A stretch of 64,000 nucleotides of DNA from a bacterium (GCA_963693055.1 OY843751.1:2592001-2656000); one strand, 5' to 3'; numbered from the stretch's first letter, positions 36,114 through 47,442 are shown. Program-made: numbers and translations. Notes: a model not told the origin generated them from the sequence alone.

Positions 36114-38731
36114 GCGAAAAAAAAGCAACAACACCTTTGATGGAGCAATACCTAAAGATCAAGGCATCACATCCTGATGATATTTTGTTATTTCGAATGG
36201 GTGATTTCTATGAAATGTTTTATGAAGATGCCAAAACAGGTTCAGAGATTTTAGGGATAACCCTTACCGCCAGAGCTCATGGAAAAGCTGCAGATGTTCC
36301 CCTTGCCGGATTTCCACATCATGCGCTTGACAATTATCTTGGCAAGTTTATCAAAGCCGGTCACCGGGTTGCTATTTGTGAGCAAGTTGAAGATCCCAAA
36401 CTTGCTAAAACCATTGTAAAGCGTAAAGTTGTTGAGGTAGTTACCCCCGGTACAGCAATTGCAGATGATTTGCTTGAGACCAAACGTAACAATTACCTGC
36501 TTGGTGTTTTTATTGGTAAAAAGAGCTGCGGACTCGCTTTTGTGGATGTATCCACTGGAGAATTTCAGGTATATGAAACGTTGGAATCTAATCTTGTTGA
36601 GCAAATTTTATCTGTTCAACCTTCAGAATTGATTATTAGTGATGCCCAGATTTCTCGTTTTCATGAGATTTTTCGAAAACCCATGTCATTTACATTGACA
36701 ACCCGTGATGACTGGACCTTTAATTATGATTATTCCTATCAAGCGCTTACTGAACATTTTTCCACCTTGTCATTAAAAGGATTTGGAATTGAATCTTTTA
36801 GTGATGGTATTAGTGCTGCAGGCGCAATTTTAGCCTATTTAAAGGAAAACCAATCAGAAAAACTTGTTCATATAAACAAGATTTCCCGCAAATCAGACAG
36901 TGAATATCTCATTATTGATACTACTACCCGTCGTAATTTAGAACTGGTTTATTCCATGACGCAAGGCGGAAAGCAGGGTACGCTGCTTTCTGTAATTGAT
37001 AAAACCAAAACACCCATGGGTGGCAGGATGCTGGTGAAATGGCTCTTGTTCCCACTTTCAAATATTGACAAAATTCAAAAACGTTTATCTGCCGTGCAGG
37101 AGCTGGTAGATAAAACTGAATTACGCAAAGATATCCGCAATACCCTTGCAGATGCAGGAGATCTGGAACGTAACCTGGCAAAGTTTTCAGCAGGTAGAGC
37201 CAATGGACGTGATGCCAACTCACTATTCGCTACACTCAAAGTAGTACACAAGATTAAAGAGTTGCTTGAATCAGCCGAGTTTGAGCTTTTAAAGCATATT
37301 CGCTCTGGTTTAGATGCCATTCCGGATATTGCTAATGAAATTGAAAAGGCGATTGAAGATAATCCCCCAATGTCTATTACAGATGGTGGAATTATTCGCA
37401 GGGGATACGATAAAGATTTAGATGAATTACGAGAAATTGCATATTCCGGGAAAGATTGGATTGCAAGGCTTCAACAAGAAGAACGTGAAAAGACAGGTAT
37501 ACCCTCACTCAAGGTAAGTTTTAATAAAGTATTTGGTTATTATATTGAAGTTACAAAAGCTAACCTTGCCAAAGTACCTGAATATTATATACGTAAACAG
37601 ACGCTTGTTAATGCAGAGCGATTTATCACCCAGGAGCTCAAGGAATACGAAGAAAAGATTTTGGGTGCTGAAGAGAAAATGTCTTCTATTGAATATAAAC
37701 TTTTTAATCAATTGAGAGAAAAGATTCTGGTCTTTACGCAACAATTTCAGTTAAACGCTCATTTTCTTTCTATTTTAGATTGTATTGCCAATTTTGCACA
37801 AATTGCGTTGGATAATGATTATGTAAAACCGGAAATGAACACCAGCAACAAGATTGAAATCAAAGACAGTCGGCATCCCGTAGTTGAAAAACTGCTTCCA
37901 CCCGGTGAGCAATTTGTTTGTAATGATCTGGTCATTGATAACACTCAAGACCAAATTCTTATTATTACGGGTCCCAATATGGCTGGTAAATCCACATATT
38001 TACGTCAGATTGGTCATATTGTAATTTTGGCGCAAATGGGATGTTTTGTTCCCGCACAAAAAGCAGAGATAGGATTAGTAGACCGCGTTTTTACACGTGT
38101 AGGCGCATCAGATAATTTAGCTGCTGGTGAAAGTACTTTTCTTACAGAAATGAATGAAACTGCCAATATTCTCAACAATGCAACAGCATCCAGTTTAATA
38201 CTTTTAGATGAAATTGGACGTGGGACAAGCACATTTGATGGATTATCAATTGCCTGGTCTGTTGTAGAGTATATACACAATACACCGCAACTTGCTGCAA
38301 AAACAATCTTTGCTACACATTTTCATGAATTGACGGAACTTGAGATTATCCTTTCGCGTGTAACCAATTATAATGTTGCAGTAAAAGAATGGGGGGACCA
38401 TGTGGTATTTTTACGCAAGATTGTTAAAGGTGGTTGCGACCATAGTTATGGAATTCATGTTGCTCAATTGGCAGGTTTACCAGCCAAGGTGATTAACAGA
38501 GCAAAAGAGGTATTAAGTAATTTAGAATCTGAATCGCTTGATCAAACAAATGAACCCAAGCTGGCAAAACACCATGAAATGAAACATACAATTGTAAAAC
38601 AAATGAGTCTTTTTTCTGAACTGGAACAATCTTTGCGTAACGAATTGAAGCAAATTGATCCTAATGAATTGACACCAATTCAGGCATTAAATAAACTTGA
38701 AGCATTACGACAGTTGGTAAATGAATCCTAA
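36110..38731 (+). CDS. mutS: DNA mismatch repair protein MutS
   Basis: TPLMEQY, FRMGDFYEMF, TGPNMAGKSTY, DEIGRGTST, SYGIHVA, C-terminal clamp-like motif QMSLF. Confidence 0.98.
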   Translation: MSEKKATTPLMEQYLKIKASHPDDILLFRMGDFYEMFYEDAKTGSEILGITLTARAHGKAADVPLAGFPHHALDNYLGKFIKAGHRVAICEQVEDPKLAKTIVKRKVVEVVTPGTAIADDLLETKRNNYLLGVFIGKKSCGLAFVDVSTGEFQVYETLESNLVEQILSVQPSELIISDAQISRFHEIFRKPMSFTLTTRDDWTFNYDYSYQALTEHFSTLSLKGFGIESFSDGISAAGAILAYLKENQSEKLVHINKISRKSDSEYLIIDTTTRRNLELVYSMTQGGKQGTLLSVIDKTKTPMGGRMLVKWLLFPLSNIDKIQKRLSAVQELVDKTELRKDIRNTLADAGDLERNLAKFSAGRANGRDANSLFATLKVVHKIKELLESAEFELLKHIRSGLDAIPDIANEIEKAIEDNPPMSITDGGIIRRGYDKDLDELREIAYSGKDWIARLQQEEREKTGIPSLKVSFNKVFGYYIEVTKANLAKVPEYYIRKQTLVNAERFITQELKEYEEKILGAEEKMSSIEYKLFNQLREKILVFTQQFQLNAHFLSILDCIANFAQIALDNDYVKPEMNTSNKIEIKDSRHPVVEKLLPPGEQFVCNDLVIDNTQDQILIITGPNMAGKSTYLRQIGHIVILAQMGCFVPAQKAEIGLVDRVFTRVGASDNLAAGESTFLTEMNETANILNNATASSLILLDEIGRGTSTFDGLSIAWSVVEYIHNTPQLAAKTIFATHFHELTELEIILSRVTNYNVAVKEWGDHVVFLRKIVKGGCDHSYGIHVAQLAGLPAKVINRAKEVLSNLESESLDQTNEPKLAKHHEMKHTIVKQMSLFSELEQSLRNELKQIDPNELTPIQALNKLEALRQLVNES

Positions 38732-38757
38732 TGTTGAATGAACTGGAAGGCTAGATC

Positions 38758-39750
38758 GTGAAATATAAAATACTGGTTGTTATTAATATATTATTTTTTG
38801 CTGTAATAGACTCGCAAGCTATTGAAATTGCAAAATATGCGGGCGATTTTATCAGTACAGGTGTTGGAGCCAGAGCGTTAGGGATGGGAGGAGCCCATGC
38901 TGCCATATCTGGAGATGTTACCCATGGCTATTGGAATCCTGCTGCACTGACTAAAATTCAATATCCTGAAATTTCTGCCATGCATTCACGCCGTTTTGGA
39001 GGCATAGTAAATTATGATTATCTGGGCTTTGCAGCTCCATTTCGTTCGTCTGAAACATTGGGATTAAATATCGTTCGCCTGGCTGTAGATGACATCCCCA
39101 TACCTGTTTTAACTAGCCCTACGGAAGAGTTGTCCGAAACAAACAGACCCACAATTGACCATTATGTATCTGATGCTGAATATGCAGTTTATTTAAGTTA
39201 TGCCAAGCAACGTACCGCCAAGTTTTCTTATGGTGCCAATGTAAAATTAATCCGCAAAGGGACAGGTGATAACTCGGCAATGGGACTGGGATTTGATATT
39301 GGTGCTTTATGGAACCCAACTGGTAAATTATTACTTGGTGCAAACTTGCAAGATATTACCACAACAATCCTGGCATGGGATACAGGTACAAAAGAATTAA
39401 TTGCTCCTACTTTTAAGCTCGGTGCTTCATACCCACTAAATATTGGATTTGGCAGTAAGTTGCTTGTTGCCTCTGATCTGGATGTGAGAATGGAGGGAAG
39501 AGACTATGCTGCGCAAGTGAATTTTGGTGCTATTAGTGTTGACCCACGTGTTGGCGCTGAACTGCTGGTGAAAAATGTTGCAGCCCTCCGAATTGGTAGA
39601 GATGATATGGGTTCATTTACAGCTGGTGCAGGAATTCGTCTGCCTCGTCTCGATCTTGATTATGCTTTCCTTAGTCACGATGATTTTGATGCCACTCATC
39701 GAGTTTCTTTCAGGTTACGCCTTGAAGAAGACCGGTTTTTTAGAAAATAG
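38758..39750 (+). CDS. PorV/PorQ (UPF0164/FadL-like) outer-membrane beta-barrel protein
   Basis: Signal peptide; GVGARALGMGGAH..YWNPAAL; C-terminal LDYAF...THRVSF. Confidence 0.8.
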   Translation: MKYKILVVINILFFAVIDSQAIEIAKYAGDFISTGVGARALGMGGAHAAISGDVTHGYWNPAALTKIQYPEISAMHSRRFGGIVNYDYLGFAAPFRSSETLGLNIVRLAVDDIPIPVLTSPTEELSETNRPTIDHYVSDAEYAVYLSYAKQRTAKFSYGANVKLIRKGTGDNSAMGLGFDIGALWNPTGKLLLGANLQDITTTILAWDTGTKELIAPTFKLGASYPLNIGFGSKLLVASDLDVRMEGRDYAAQVNFGAISVDPRVGAELLVKNVAALRIGRDDMGSFTAGAGIRLPRLDLDYAFLSHDDFDATHRVSFRLRLEEDRFFRK

Positions 39751-39819
39751 CAGTATTTTGCATGTTACTGCAAAACCCTTCCATCTTTTCTGAATTTTAT
39801 GTAAATCCAAAAATTTCAG

Positions 39820-39848
39820 TTGACTATGACTGAAAAAAATGTTAATTT
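39820..39848 (+). promoter_or_regulatory. sigma70-type promoter for the yicC-gmk-rpoZ-coaBC operon
   Basis: TTGACT-N17-TAATTT with an extended TG motif. Confidence 0.5.
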
Positions 39849-39902
39849 ATAAATCCTATTAAAATAGAATGTTAAGATGAATTTTTATTAATTGGTGCTT
39901 GA

Positions 39903-40778
39903 ATGATAAATAGCATGACAGGTTTTGGAAGAGGAATGGAAAACAACGGCGATATGGAGATAACCGTAGAAGTCCGTTCTGTAAATAACCGTTTTCTCGA
40001 TTTGATTGTCAAAACACCTCGATCGTTAACCAATTATGAACAGCAGATACGTGATATTGTTGGTAAATATGTTAAACGTGGAAGAGTCAATGTTTGGATA
40101 GGTATTACCAATGAAGCTGAAAAGTATCAGGAATTGATATTAAATAAACCATTGGTAAGTACATACCTGGATATTGTTAAAGAGTTAAAAGAACTCAATG
40201 TCCCCGGACAAGTTGATATTAACCAATTGTTAACATTACCAGAGATTTTGACTGTAGATTCCGAAAATGATGTTGAAGAAAGTACCTGGCAGTGTGCAAA
40301 ATCTGCTCTAGAGCAAGCACTTGCCGAAATGAACAAGATGCGTGTTGCTGAAGGAAATGAACTCTATAAGGATTTTGTTGCACGTGTTAATCAGCTTGAA
40401 GATGTGATTAATAAAGTACAAGTACTTGCTGAGTCTGCACCTCTTGAGCAAATGGACAAGCTTCGTAACCGCGTAAGAAGACTTGTTCCGGATACAATAG
40501 TAGATGAAGGCAGGCTCGAAATGGAGCTTGCAATAATTGCTGATAGAATAGATATTACCGAAGAATGTGTTCGATTTCATAGTCATAATAAACTCTTTTT
40601 AGAGATGTTAAAAGATGACGAATCACAAGGTCGTAAATTGAACTTTTTGCTACAGGAAATGAATCGTGAAGCCAATACAATTGGCTCTAAAACTTCAAAT
40701 CCGGAAGTTTCGCACCTGGTTGTTCAAATAAAAGATCAGGTTGAAAAAGTCAGAGAACAGATACAAAATATTGAATAG
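39903..40778 (+). CDS. yicC: YicC/YloC family endoribonuclease
   Basis: MINSMTGFGR, RSVNNRFLD, DITEE, GRKLNFLLQEMNREANTIGSK, REQIQNIE. Confidence 0.96.
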   Translation: MINSMTGFGRGMENNGDMEITVEVRSVNNRFLDLIVKTPRSLTNYEQQIRDIVGKYVKRGRVNVWIGITNEAEKYQELILNKPLVSTYLDIVKELKELNVPGQVDINQLLTLPEILTVDSENDVEESTWQCAKSALEQALAEMNKMRVAEGNELYKDFVARVNQLEDVINKVQVLAESAPLEQMDKLRNRVRRLVPDTIVDEGRLEMELAIIADRIDITEECVRFHSHNKLFLEMLKDDESQGRKLNFLLQEMNREANTIGSKTSNPEVSHLVVQIKDQVEKVREQIQNIE

Positions 40779-41362
40779 TGGCTGGATTGGTGAGTAATAA
40801 TAACGGATGTTTGGTACTGGTATCTTCACCGTCTGGCGGTGGAAAAACCACTATAATAAAAAAAATAATTGAAACAAATACTGATAAATTCAAGTATTCC
40901 ATATCGTTGACGACTCGCAAAAAACGTAACGGCGAAGTTGATGGTAGAGATTACTGGTTTGTTGACGAAGAGACATTTCAGGAAAAGATTAATTCTGATC
41001 AACTCCTGGAACATGAAAATGTTCATGGAAACTATTATGGGACCCCCAAAGGTCCTATTGTGAATTGGATAAACAATGGTAATATTGTTTTTATGGATGT
41101 TGATGTCTTAGGTGCTTTGTCAATTCGTAAAAAGTACCCTAAAGATAGTTTATTGATCTTTTTATCGCCACCAGATTTTAAAACACTTGAAGATCGATTA
41201 ATAGGACGTTCTACTGAGACAATAGAGCAGATTGAAATACGGATGGAACGTGTTAAAAAAGAAATGGAACTTGCAAAGGAATTCGATCATATTATTATAA
41301 ACAATGAAATTGATGAAACCGTTAATAGTGTTTTATCAGTTATTCAAAAAAGAATATCATAA
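40778..41362 (+). CDS. gmk: Guanylate kinase
   Basis: SPSGGGKTT, SISLTTR, GEVDGRDY, HGNYYGT. Confidence 0.96.
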   Translation: MAGLVSNNNGCLVLVSSPSGGGKTTIIKKIIETNTDKFKYSISLTTRKKRNGEVDGRDYWFVDEETFQEKINSDQLLEHENVHGNYYGTPKGPIVNWINNGNIVFMDVDVLGALSIRKKYPKDSLLIFLSPPDFKTLEDRLIGRSTETIEQIEIRMERVKKEMELAKEFDHIIINNEIDETVNSVLSVIQKRIS

Positions 41363-41387
41363 TAATCCAATTTGTTGGAGGAAATAA

Positions 41388-41672
41388 ATGGCTGAAACAT
41401 TACCTTTAGATTCACTTGAAAAACATGCAAAAAATGTATATGAAGCGATTATTCTAATTGCTAAACGCGCACGTCAAATCAATGAACTACAGAAACAGGT
41501 TCTTGATAGTGAGGCTGAAGCTTATTCTCAAGCTGAAGAATACGATGAAGAAGGTATAAATACCGATATTGTAGAACATCAATTTTTGCGTTTGCCCAAA
41601 CCTTCCACAATAGCATTGCAAGAGTTCCTTGAAGGCAAACTTGAAAAAGTAGAAGTTCAAAAAGAAGATTAA
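41388..41672 (+). CDS. rpoZ: RNA polymerase omega subunit
   Basis: NVYEAIILIAKRARQIN...PKPSTIALQE; located between gmk and coaBC. Confidence 0.92.
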   Translation: MAETLPLDSLEKHAKNVYEAIILIAKRARQINELQKQVLDSEAEAYSQAEEYDEEGINTDIVEHQFLRLPKPSTIALQEFLEGKLEKVEVQKED

Positions 41673-41683
41673 TTCGTTTTATC

Positions 41684-42883
41684 ATGTTCTTTGAAAAAAA
41701 TATATTAATTGGCATTTCAGGCGGCATAGCTGTTTATAAAATTGCCGAATTAGTAAGAGCTTTTAAGAAAAACGGAGCAAATGTTCGGATTGTTATGACA
41801 CACTCTGCAACACGTTTTGTGTCTCCGTTAACCTTTGAAACTCTATCAGAACATGATGTGTTGACTGATCTTTTTCCTGAAGGATATAGCAGGCAAACCG
41901 CACATATTGATTGGGCAAGATGGGCAGATATTTTTATTATTGCTCCGGCAACATTAAATACAATTGGTAAAATTGCATCCGGGATTGCGGATAATGCATT
42001 GACCACTACAGTTATGGCTGCAACAATTCCTGTGGTTTTTTGTCCGGCTATGAACAAAGCCATGTATGCAAATTCTTTGTATAAAGAGAATGAACAAAAA
42101 TTACTTGAACATGGTTACTCAATTGTTTCTCCGGGTGTTGGTGAATTGGCTTGCGGTGAGTTGGGTGAAGGCCGTCTTGCTGATGTTCAAAGCATTTTAG
42201 ACACTGCCAGGCTGATACTATTTGGTACAAATGAATTAAAAGGCAAAAAGGTTCTGGTTACTGCCGGTCCTACTGAAGAACCTCTGGATCCGGTTCGTTT
42301 TTTAACTAATCGTTCATCAGGTAAAATGGGTTTTGCCCTGGCAGAGCAAGCCAAAATTCGTGGTGCGGATGTTACATTGGTTTCCGGTCCTACTCAACTT
42401 TTACCTTTTAGTAATATTAATCATGTAACTGTAAGAACGGCTCAGCAAATGCATGATAGTGTATTTAACTTGTTGCCAGAGATGGATGTGCTGATTATGG
42501 CTGCTGCTGTTAGTGATTATCGTCCTGATAATATATCTGCTCAAAAGTTAAAAAAGGCTGATCAAACCCATACAATTGATTTGACATTGAATCCTGATAT
42601 TTTACACAAAGCTGGTCTTTCCAAAGGAAACAGGATTCATGTTGGTTTTTCTGTTGAGACGCAAAACGAGTTGGAGCATTCAATGAACAAGCTTCAACAT
42701 AAAAAATGTGATATTATTGTGATTAATAATCCACTTGAAAAGGATGCCGGTTTTCAGGTTGATACAAATAAAGTAACTATTTTAGATAAAAAAGGGGCAA
42801 AAGAATCATTGCCTGTAATGTCTAAAAATGATGTTGCAAATGTTGTAATAGACAAAATTATACAATTGTTTACAAAATCTTAA
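41684..42883 (+). CDS. coaBC: Phosphopantothenoylcysteine decarboxylase/ligase
   Basis: [50 protein letters not shown]. Confidence 0.97.
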   Translation: MFFEKNILIGISGGIAVYKIAELVRAFKKNGANVRIVMTHSATRFVSPLTFETLSEHDVLTDLFPEGYSRQTAHIDWARWADIFIIAPATLNTIGKIASGIADNALTTTVMAATIPVVFCPAMNKAMYANSLYKENEQKLLEHGYSIVSPGVGELACGELGEGRLADVQSILDTARLILFGTNELKGKKVLVTAGPTEEPLDPVRFLTNRSSGKMGFALAEQAKIRGADVTLVSGPTQLLPFSNINHVTVRTAQQMHDSVFNLLPEMDVLIMAAAVSDYRPDNISAQKLKKADQTHTIDLTLNPDILHKAGLSKGNRIHVGFSVETQNELEHSMNKLQHKKCDIIVINNPLEKDAGFQVDTNKVTILDKKGAKESLPVMSKNDVANVVIDKIIQLFTKS

Positions 42884-42912
42884 TACTTATTCATTTTGTT
42901 TTTATTATATTT

Positions 42913-43497
42913 ATGCTTAATGTCGTTGAAACGTTTAATCAATTTCTTGAACAGCAAATAGAGCTGTATGGTGACGACCTTGTAATTGACAAGGGTCTTT
43001 TAAATTCCCAAAACGAATTGATTGAAGAAAAAATTGAACAGGATGAGCCTTTTTGGGAAACAAAGGGTGATTCTTCTCAAAAAGCCTGGATTATCATAGA
43101 CGCTATAACCAGAGATGGGAATAATTATGCGTTTGATTTGAATGATAAGGCAGGTGATTTGTTTGTGAAAATATTAAAAGCCATCCAATTAACAGTAAAT
43201 GATTTGTTTATTATATCTATCGGTGATTTACGGAATGGTGTAGATATAGCAACAAATCGTGTTAATGAGCTTTTTGAAGATTCAAAACCAAAAGCGATTT
43301 TGTGTTTTGGAGACAATGCAACAAGAATATTTTTTAATACATTTGATGTTCAAAAGAGTCGGAACCAGGTTATAGACTATAAGGATGTTAAAGTTTTAAC
43401 TACTTTTCATCCTGCTAAATTACTTGAAACACCTGCGTTGAAACATGATACCTGGAAAGATGTTCAGGTATTTCAAAAATTGATAGATGCTGTATAA
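42913..43497 (+). CDS. Uracil-DNA glycosylase (family 4)-like protein with degenerate catalytic motifs
   Basis: AGDLFVKILKAIQL, KPKAILCFG, TTFHPAKLL, KHDTWKD; lacks the GEAPG motif and Fe-S cysteines. Confidence 0.65.
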   Translation: MLNVVETFNQFLEQQIELYGDDLVIDKGLLNSQNELIEEKIEQDEPFWETKGDSSQKAWIIIDAITRDGNNYAFDLNDKAGDLFVKILKAIQLTVNDLFIISIGDLRNGVDIATNRVNELFEDSKPKAILCFGDNATRIFFNTFDVQKSRNQVIDYKDVKVLTTFHPAKLLETPALKHDTWKDVQVFQKLIDAV

Positions 43498-44877
43498 ATG
43501 AGTGATGATCATACAATAACAAGAGTTCCACCCCAGGCTGTTGAAGCAGAAATGGCAGTTTTAGGTGGAATGATGATAGATAGTCAGGCAGCGAGTACTG
43601 TAATGGAAAAACTGCAGGATGATAGTTTTTATAAAGAGTCACATAAGAAAATTTTTCAAGCCGGTTTTTCTTTATATGAACGTAATGAACCAGTTGATCT
43701 GTTGACTGTATCAAATGAGCTTGAAAAACACCAAAGCCTTGAGGCTGTTGGTGGTCATTTTTATTTAACCGAACTTGTTGAGCGGATTCCTTCTGCGGCC
43801 AATATCGATTATTATTGTAATATTGTACGTGATAAGGGATTACTTCGGAAATTAATTACAATTTCCAATGATGTTCAGCAGGAATGCTATTCCGCGACTG
43901 ATGAGGCGATGGATGTTATTGACCGTGCTGAGCAGCAGATATTTGCAATATCTGATAATCGTGGAAGAAACCAGTTTGAACACATTGGTCCTATCATGCA
44001 TGAAACCATGGAAAAGATTGAAGGTTTTCATGAACATGACGGTGGTGTAACTGGTGTAACAATTGGTTTTAAAGATATGGATGAGATGCTGTCGGGATTT
44101 CAAAATTCTGATTTGATTATTCTTGCGGCGCGACCATCTATGGGAAAAACAGCTTTTGCTTTGAATATCGCCCGGAATGCTGCCATAAAGGGCAACACAC
44201 CGGTTGGTATTTTTAGTCTTGAAATGGCTTCTTATCAGTTGGTTATGCGTATGCTTTGTTCCGAAGCCAGAGTAGATTCTCATGCTGTTCGTACCGGTAG
44301 ATTGCCGGAAAATCAATGGCAAAATCTAAGTCGGGTTGCCGGACAACTGGCTGAAGCTCCAATATACATTGATGATACGCCAGGTATAAATATTATGGAA
44401 CTTCGTTCCAAAGCCAGGCGTCTCAAAGTTGAGCACGATATAGGTTTAATTGTGGTTGACTATTTGCAATTGTTACGTGGGGTAGGCAGGGTAGAAAGTC
44501 GTCAGATAGAGATTGCGCAAATATCTCAATCTTTGAAAAACCTTGCCAAAGAATTGGATATTCCGGTACTGTCTCTTTCTCAGCTTTCTCGTGCAGTTGA
44601 ATCTCGTGGTGGAGATCACAGACCCATGTTATCAGATTTACGTGAATCTGGTGCAATTGAGCAAGATGCAGATGTTGTAATGTTTATTTACAGACCAGCC
44701 GCATATGGAGTGGTAGAACCGGAACTGGAAAATGTAGCTGAAATCATTATAGCTAAACAACGTAACGGCCCGGTTGGTACGGTTGAACTTGTATTCTTGA
44801 GGGATTTCGTTCAATTTGCTGATAAGGATGTGCATCACGCACTTGAAGTTCCAACAATCAAGAGTGATCCATTCTAA
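43498..44877 (+). CDS. dnaB: Replicative DNA helicase
   Basis: PPQAVEAE, AARPSMGKT, FSLEM, DYLQL, LSQLSRAVE, LRESGAIEQDAD, KQRNGP. Confidence 0.98.
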   Translation: MSDDHTITRVPPQAVEAEMAVLGGMMIDSQAASTVMEKLQDDSFYKESHKKIFQAGFSLYERNEPVDLLTVSNELEKHQSLEAVGGHFYLTELVERIPSAANIDYYCNIVRDKGLLRKLITISNDVQQECYSATDEAMDVIDRAEQQIFAISDNRGRNQFEHIGPIMHETMEKIEGFHEHDGGVTGVTIGFKDMDEMLSGFQNSDLIILAARPSMGKTAFALNIARNAAIKGNTPVGIFSLEMASYQLVMRMLCSEARVDSHAVRTGRLPENQWQNLSRVAGQLAEAPIYIDDTPGINIMELRSKARRLKVEHDIGLIVVDYLQLLRGVGRVESRQIEIAQISQSLKNLAKELDIPVLSLSQLSRAVESRGGDHRPMLSDLRESGAIEQDADVVMFIYRPAAYGVVEPELENVAEIIIAKQRNGPVGTVELVFLRDFVQFADKDVHHALEVPTIKSDPF

Positions 44878-44895
44878 ATATATTATAGGTGTTTA

Positions 44896-47055
44896 ATGCA
44901 GAATGTCCAAAATATAAATCATTATACAAATGTGTTTGAAGGACTGCTGCAGCGTATAAAGCGATATAATCAAACTGCAGATCTTGATTTATTGCGAAAG
45001 GCGTTTGATTACAGTTTTCAAGCTCATATAGATCAAATCCGCAAGTCGGGTGAACCTTATTTTATTCACCCTCTTGAAGTTGCCAAGATTTTAACCGGTC
45101 TCAAAATGGATTATGAAACCATTGTCGGTGGCATTCTACATGATGTGGTTGAAGATACCAATATCAGCATAACGGATCTTGAAAATGAGTTTGGAACTAA
45201 TATTGCTGTTCTGGTTGACGGTGTTACAAAAATTTCGGAATTAAAGCTGTTGGGATTTGAAACCCAACAGTCTGAAAATTTCCGTAAAATGCTGTTATCT
45301 ATGGTCAAAGATATCAGAGTGATTTTGATAAAGTTTGCCGACCGTCTTCACAATATGCGAACCATTGACCATCTGCCTGAGCATAAGCGAAAAAGAATTG
45401 CTTTGGAAACGCGTGAAGTCTATGCTCCTTTGGCGCATCGTTTAGGTCTGGCAAAAATCAAATCAGAACTTGAAGATTTGTCTTTGAAAACTTTGGAACC
45501 CGATGTATATCAGGATCTTGCGAATCGTATTCAAACGACCAAGAATCAGCGTGAAATTGCAATACAACAGGTTACCAGACCTATTCGTAAAGCATTAGCA
45601 GAAGCAAAGATCTATGCACGGTTTGAAGGAAGAGCAAAGCACTTTTACAGTATATACAACAAGATCAATATACGGGGTGTTGCCTTTGAAGAGATTTTCG
45701 ATTTATTGGCCATCCGTATTATTGTTGAAAAAATGGAAGAATGCTATCATGCTTTGGGTATTGTGCACTCTATTTTTAATCCATTGCATGAAAGATTTAA
45801 AGATTATATAGCTACACCCAAGACCAATGGCTATCAGTCTATACACACAACGGTTATTGGGCCTGAGGGTAAAAAATTTGAAATACAGTTGCGTACCGAA
45901 CAGATGCATAGAACTGCTGAAGATGGTATTGCGGCACATTGGCGTTATAAAGAAGGTAAACTTCGAGAAGACGATCTGGACAAGCACTTAGTCTGGTTAA
46001 GACAGGTTTTAGATTTTGAAGATCCTGATTCAGATAAATCATCTTTTATGGAACATTTGAAAATTAATTTGTTCCAGGATGAGGTTTTTGTTTTTACGCC
46101 AAAAGGTGATTTACATAGATTGCCTGTTAAATCTACACCTGTTGATTTTGCTTTTTCTGTTCACACAGATGTAGGTTTACATACATTGGCAGCAAAAATT
46201 AATGGAAGAATTGTTCCATTAAGTTACGAACTGAAAAATGGTGATTCAGTAGAAATTATTACTTCTACAAATCAACGTCCTAATGAAGATTGGTTAAAGT
46301 TTGTAACTACCAGCAAAGCCAAAGGTAAAATTAAAAAATGGTTGAGAGACTCCAAGTTTGAAAGTAGTATAGAGCTTGGTGGCGAAATGCTATTAAAAGC
46401 TTTACGTAAATTTTCCATAAAGCTGAAAACAATCGATCTCAATGATATTGCTCAAAAGATGAAATTAAAAGATGAAAAAGATCTTTTAGCTTCAATTGGA
46501 CGTGGAGATACAAAGGTTGATACGGTACTACGACGTATTTTACCTGAAGATACACAAAAACCAACTGATACAAATGTTTTTTCAAAATTACTTGATAAAG
46601 CCCGCAAGTCGAGCAAAGGCATTCGGGTTGCGGGTATTGATAATGTAATGATCAGCTTTGGTAAATGTTGTAATCCTGTTCCTGGTGAACCTATTACGGG
46701 TATTGTCACAAAGGGAAGAGGAATTGTTGTTCATTCAAATAATTGTAACAATCTGCACAAGTTGATGCAGGAACCTGACAGAATTGTTGAAGTATCATGG
46801 GATGTTGACAAGAATAATCGTTTTCTTGCCGGATTATACATTCTTGGTGAACGAAAAAATAATTTGTTACCCAATTTGTCAGAAACCATCACAAAAGCCG
46901 ATTGTATTATAAGCAGCATTAAAATGACTTCAGAAGATTCTTTGGTTACTTGTATCTTGAGTATTGAAGTATACAATCTGGATCATTTAAAGCATGTTGT
47001 AACCCAGATCAATAAAATTGATGGTGTGATCTCGGTGAATAGATTCAACGAATGA
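44896..47055 (+). CDS. relA: Bifunctional (p)ppGpp synthetase/hydrolase Rel (RelA/SpoT)
   Basis: RKSGEPYFIHP, intact HD (LHDVVEDT), ADRLHNMRT, KTNGYQSIHT, EIQLRT, then TGS, CC and ACT domains. Confidence 0.97.
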   Translation: MQNVQNINHYTNVFEGLLQRIKRYNQTADLDLLRKAFDYSFQAHIDQIRKSGEPYFIHPLEVAKILTGLKMDYETIVGGILHDVVEDTNISITDLENEFGTNIAVLVDGVTKISELKLLGFETQQSENFRKMLLSMVKDIRVILIKFADRLHNMRTIDHLPEHKRKRIALETREVYAPLAHRLGLAKIKSELEDLSLKTLEPDVYQDLANRIQTTKNQREIAIQQVTRPIRKALAEAKIYARFEGRAKHFYSIYNKINIRGVAFEEIFDLLAIRIIVEKMEECYHALGIVHSIFNPLHERFKDYIATPKTNGYQSIHTTVIGPEGKKFEIQLRTEQMHRTAEDGIAAHWRYKEGKLREDDLDKHLVWLRQVLDFEDPDSDKSSFMEHLKINLFQDEVFVFTPKGDLHRLPVKSTPVDFAFSVHTDVGLHTLAAKINGRIVPLSYELKNGDSVEIITSTNQRPNEDWLKFVTTSKAKGKIKKWLRDSKFESSIELGGEMLLKALRKFSIKLKTIDLNDIAQKMKLKDEKDLLASIGRGDTKVDTVLRRILPEDTQKPTDTNVFSKLLDKARKSSKGIRVAGIDNVMISFGKCCNPVPGEPITGIVTKGRGIVVHSNNCNNLHKLMQEPDRIVEVSWDVDKNNRFLAGLYILGERKNNLLPNLSETITKADCIISSIKMTSEDSLVTCILSIEVYNLDHLKHVVTQINKIDGVISVNRFNE

Positions 47056-47106
47056 TTTTCTTGAATTACGATAACTGAATTTCACATAACTTAAGGAGTC
47101 AAGTCA

Positions 47107-47442
47107 ATGACAACGCAAGTTACAAAAAGCACTATAACCAAAAAGGATGTTTCAAAACGAACAGCTAAAATTGTCAATGAAAAAATATATCTTACTGAAA
47201 AAGTAGTTGACGGTGTATTTCAAGCGCTTCGTGAATTTATGGCAGAAGCTGACCCGGAAGTTCGCATTGAAATCCGTGATTTTGGTGTTTTTGAAGTGAA
47301 AAAGACCAAACCCAAACCAAAAGCAAGAAATCCGAAAACTGGTGAAATTATTTACGTCCCCGCACGTAGAAAAACACATTTCAAAGCTGGCAAATTGTTA
47401 AAAGAAGTGTTAAAAACCCCTTTGGATGAATTGGAAGATTGA
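47107..47442 (+). CDS. HU/IHF family DNA-binding protein (second paralog)
   Basis: IEIRDFGVFEV, ARNPKTGE, HFKAGK. Confidence 0.9.
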   Translation: MTTQVTKSTITKKDVSKRTAKIVNEKIYLTEKVVDGVFQALREFMAEADPEVRIEIRDFGVFEVKKTKPKPKARNPKTGEIIYVPARRKTHFKAGKLLKEVLKTPLDELED

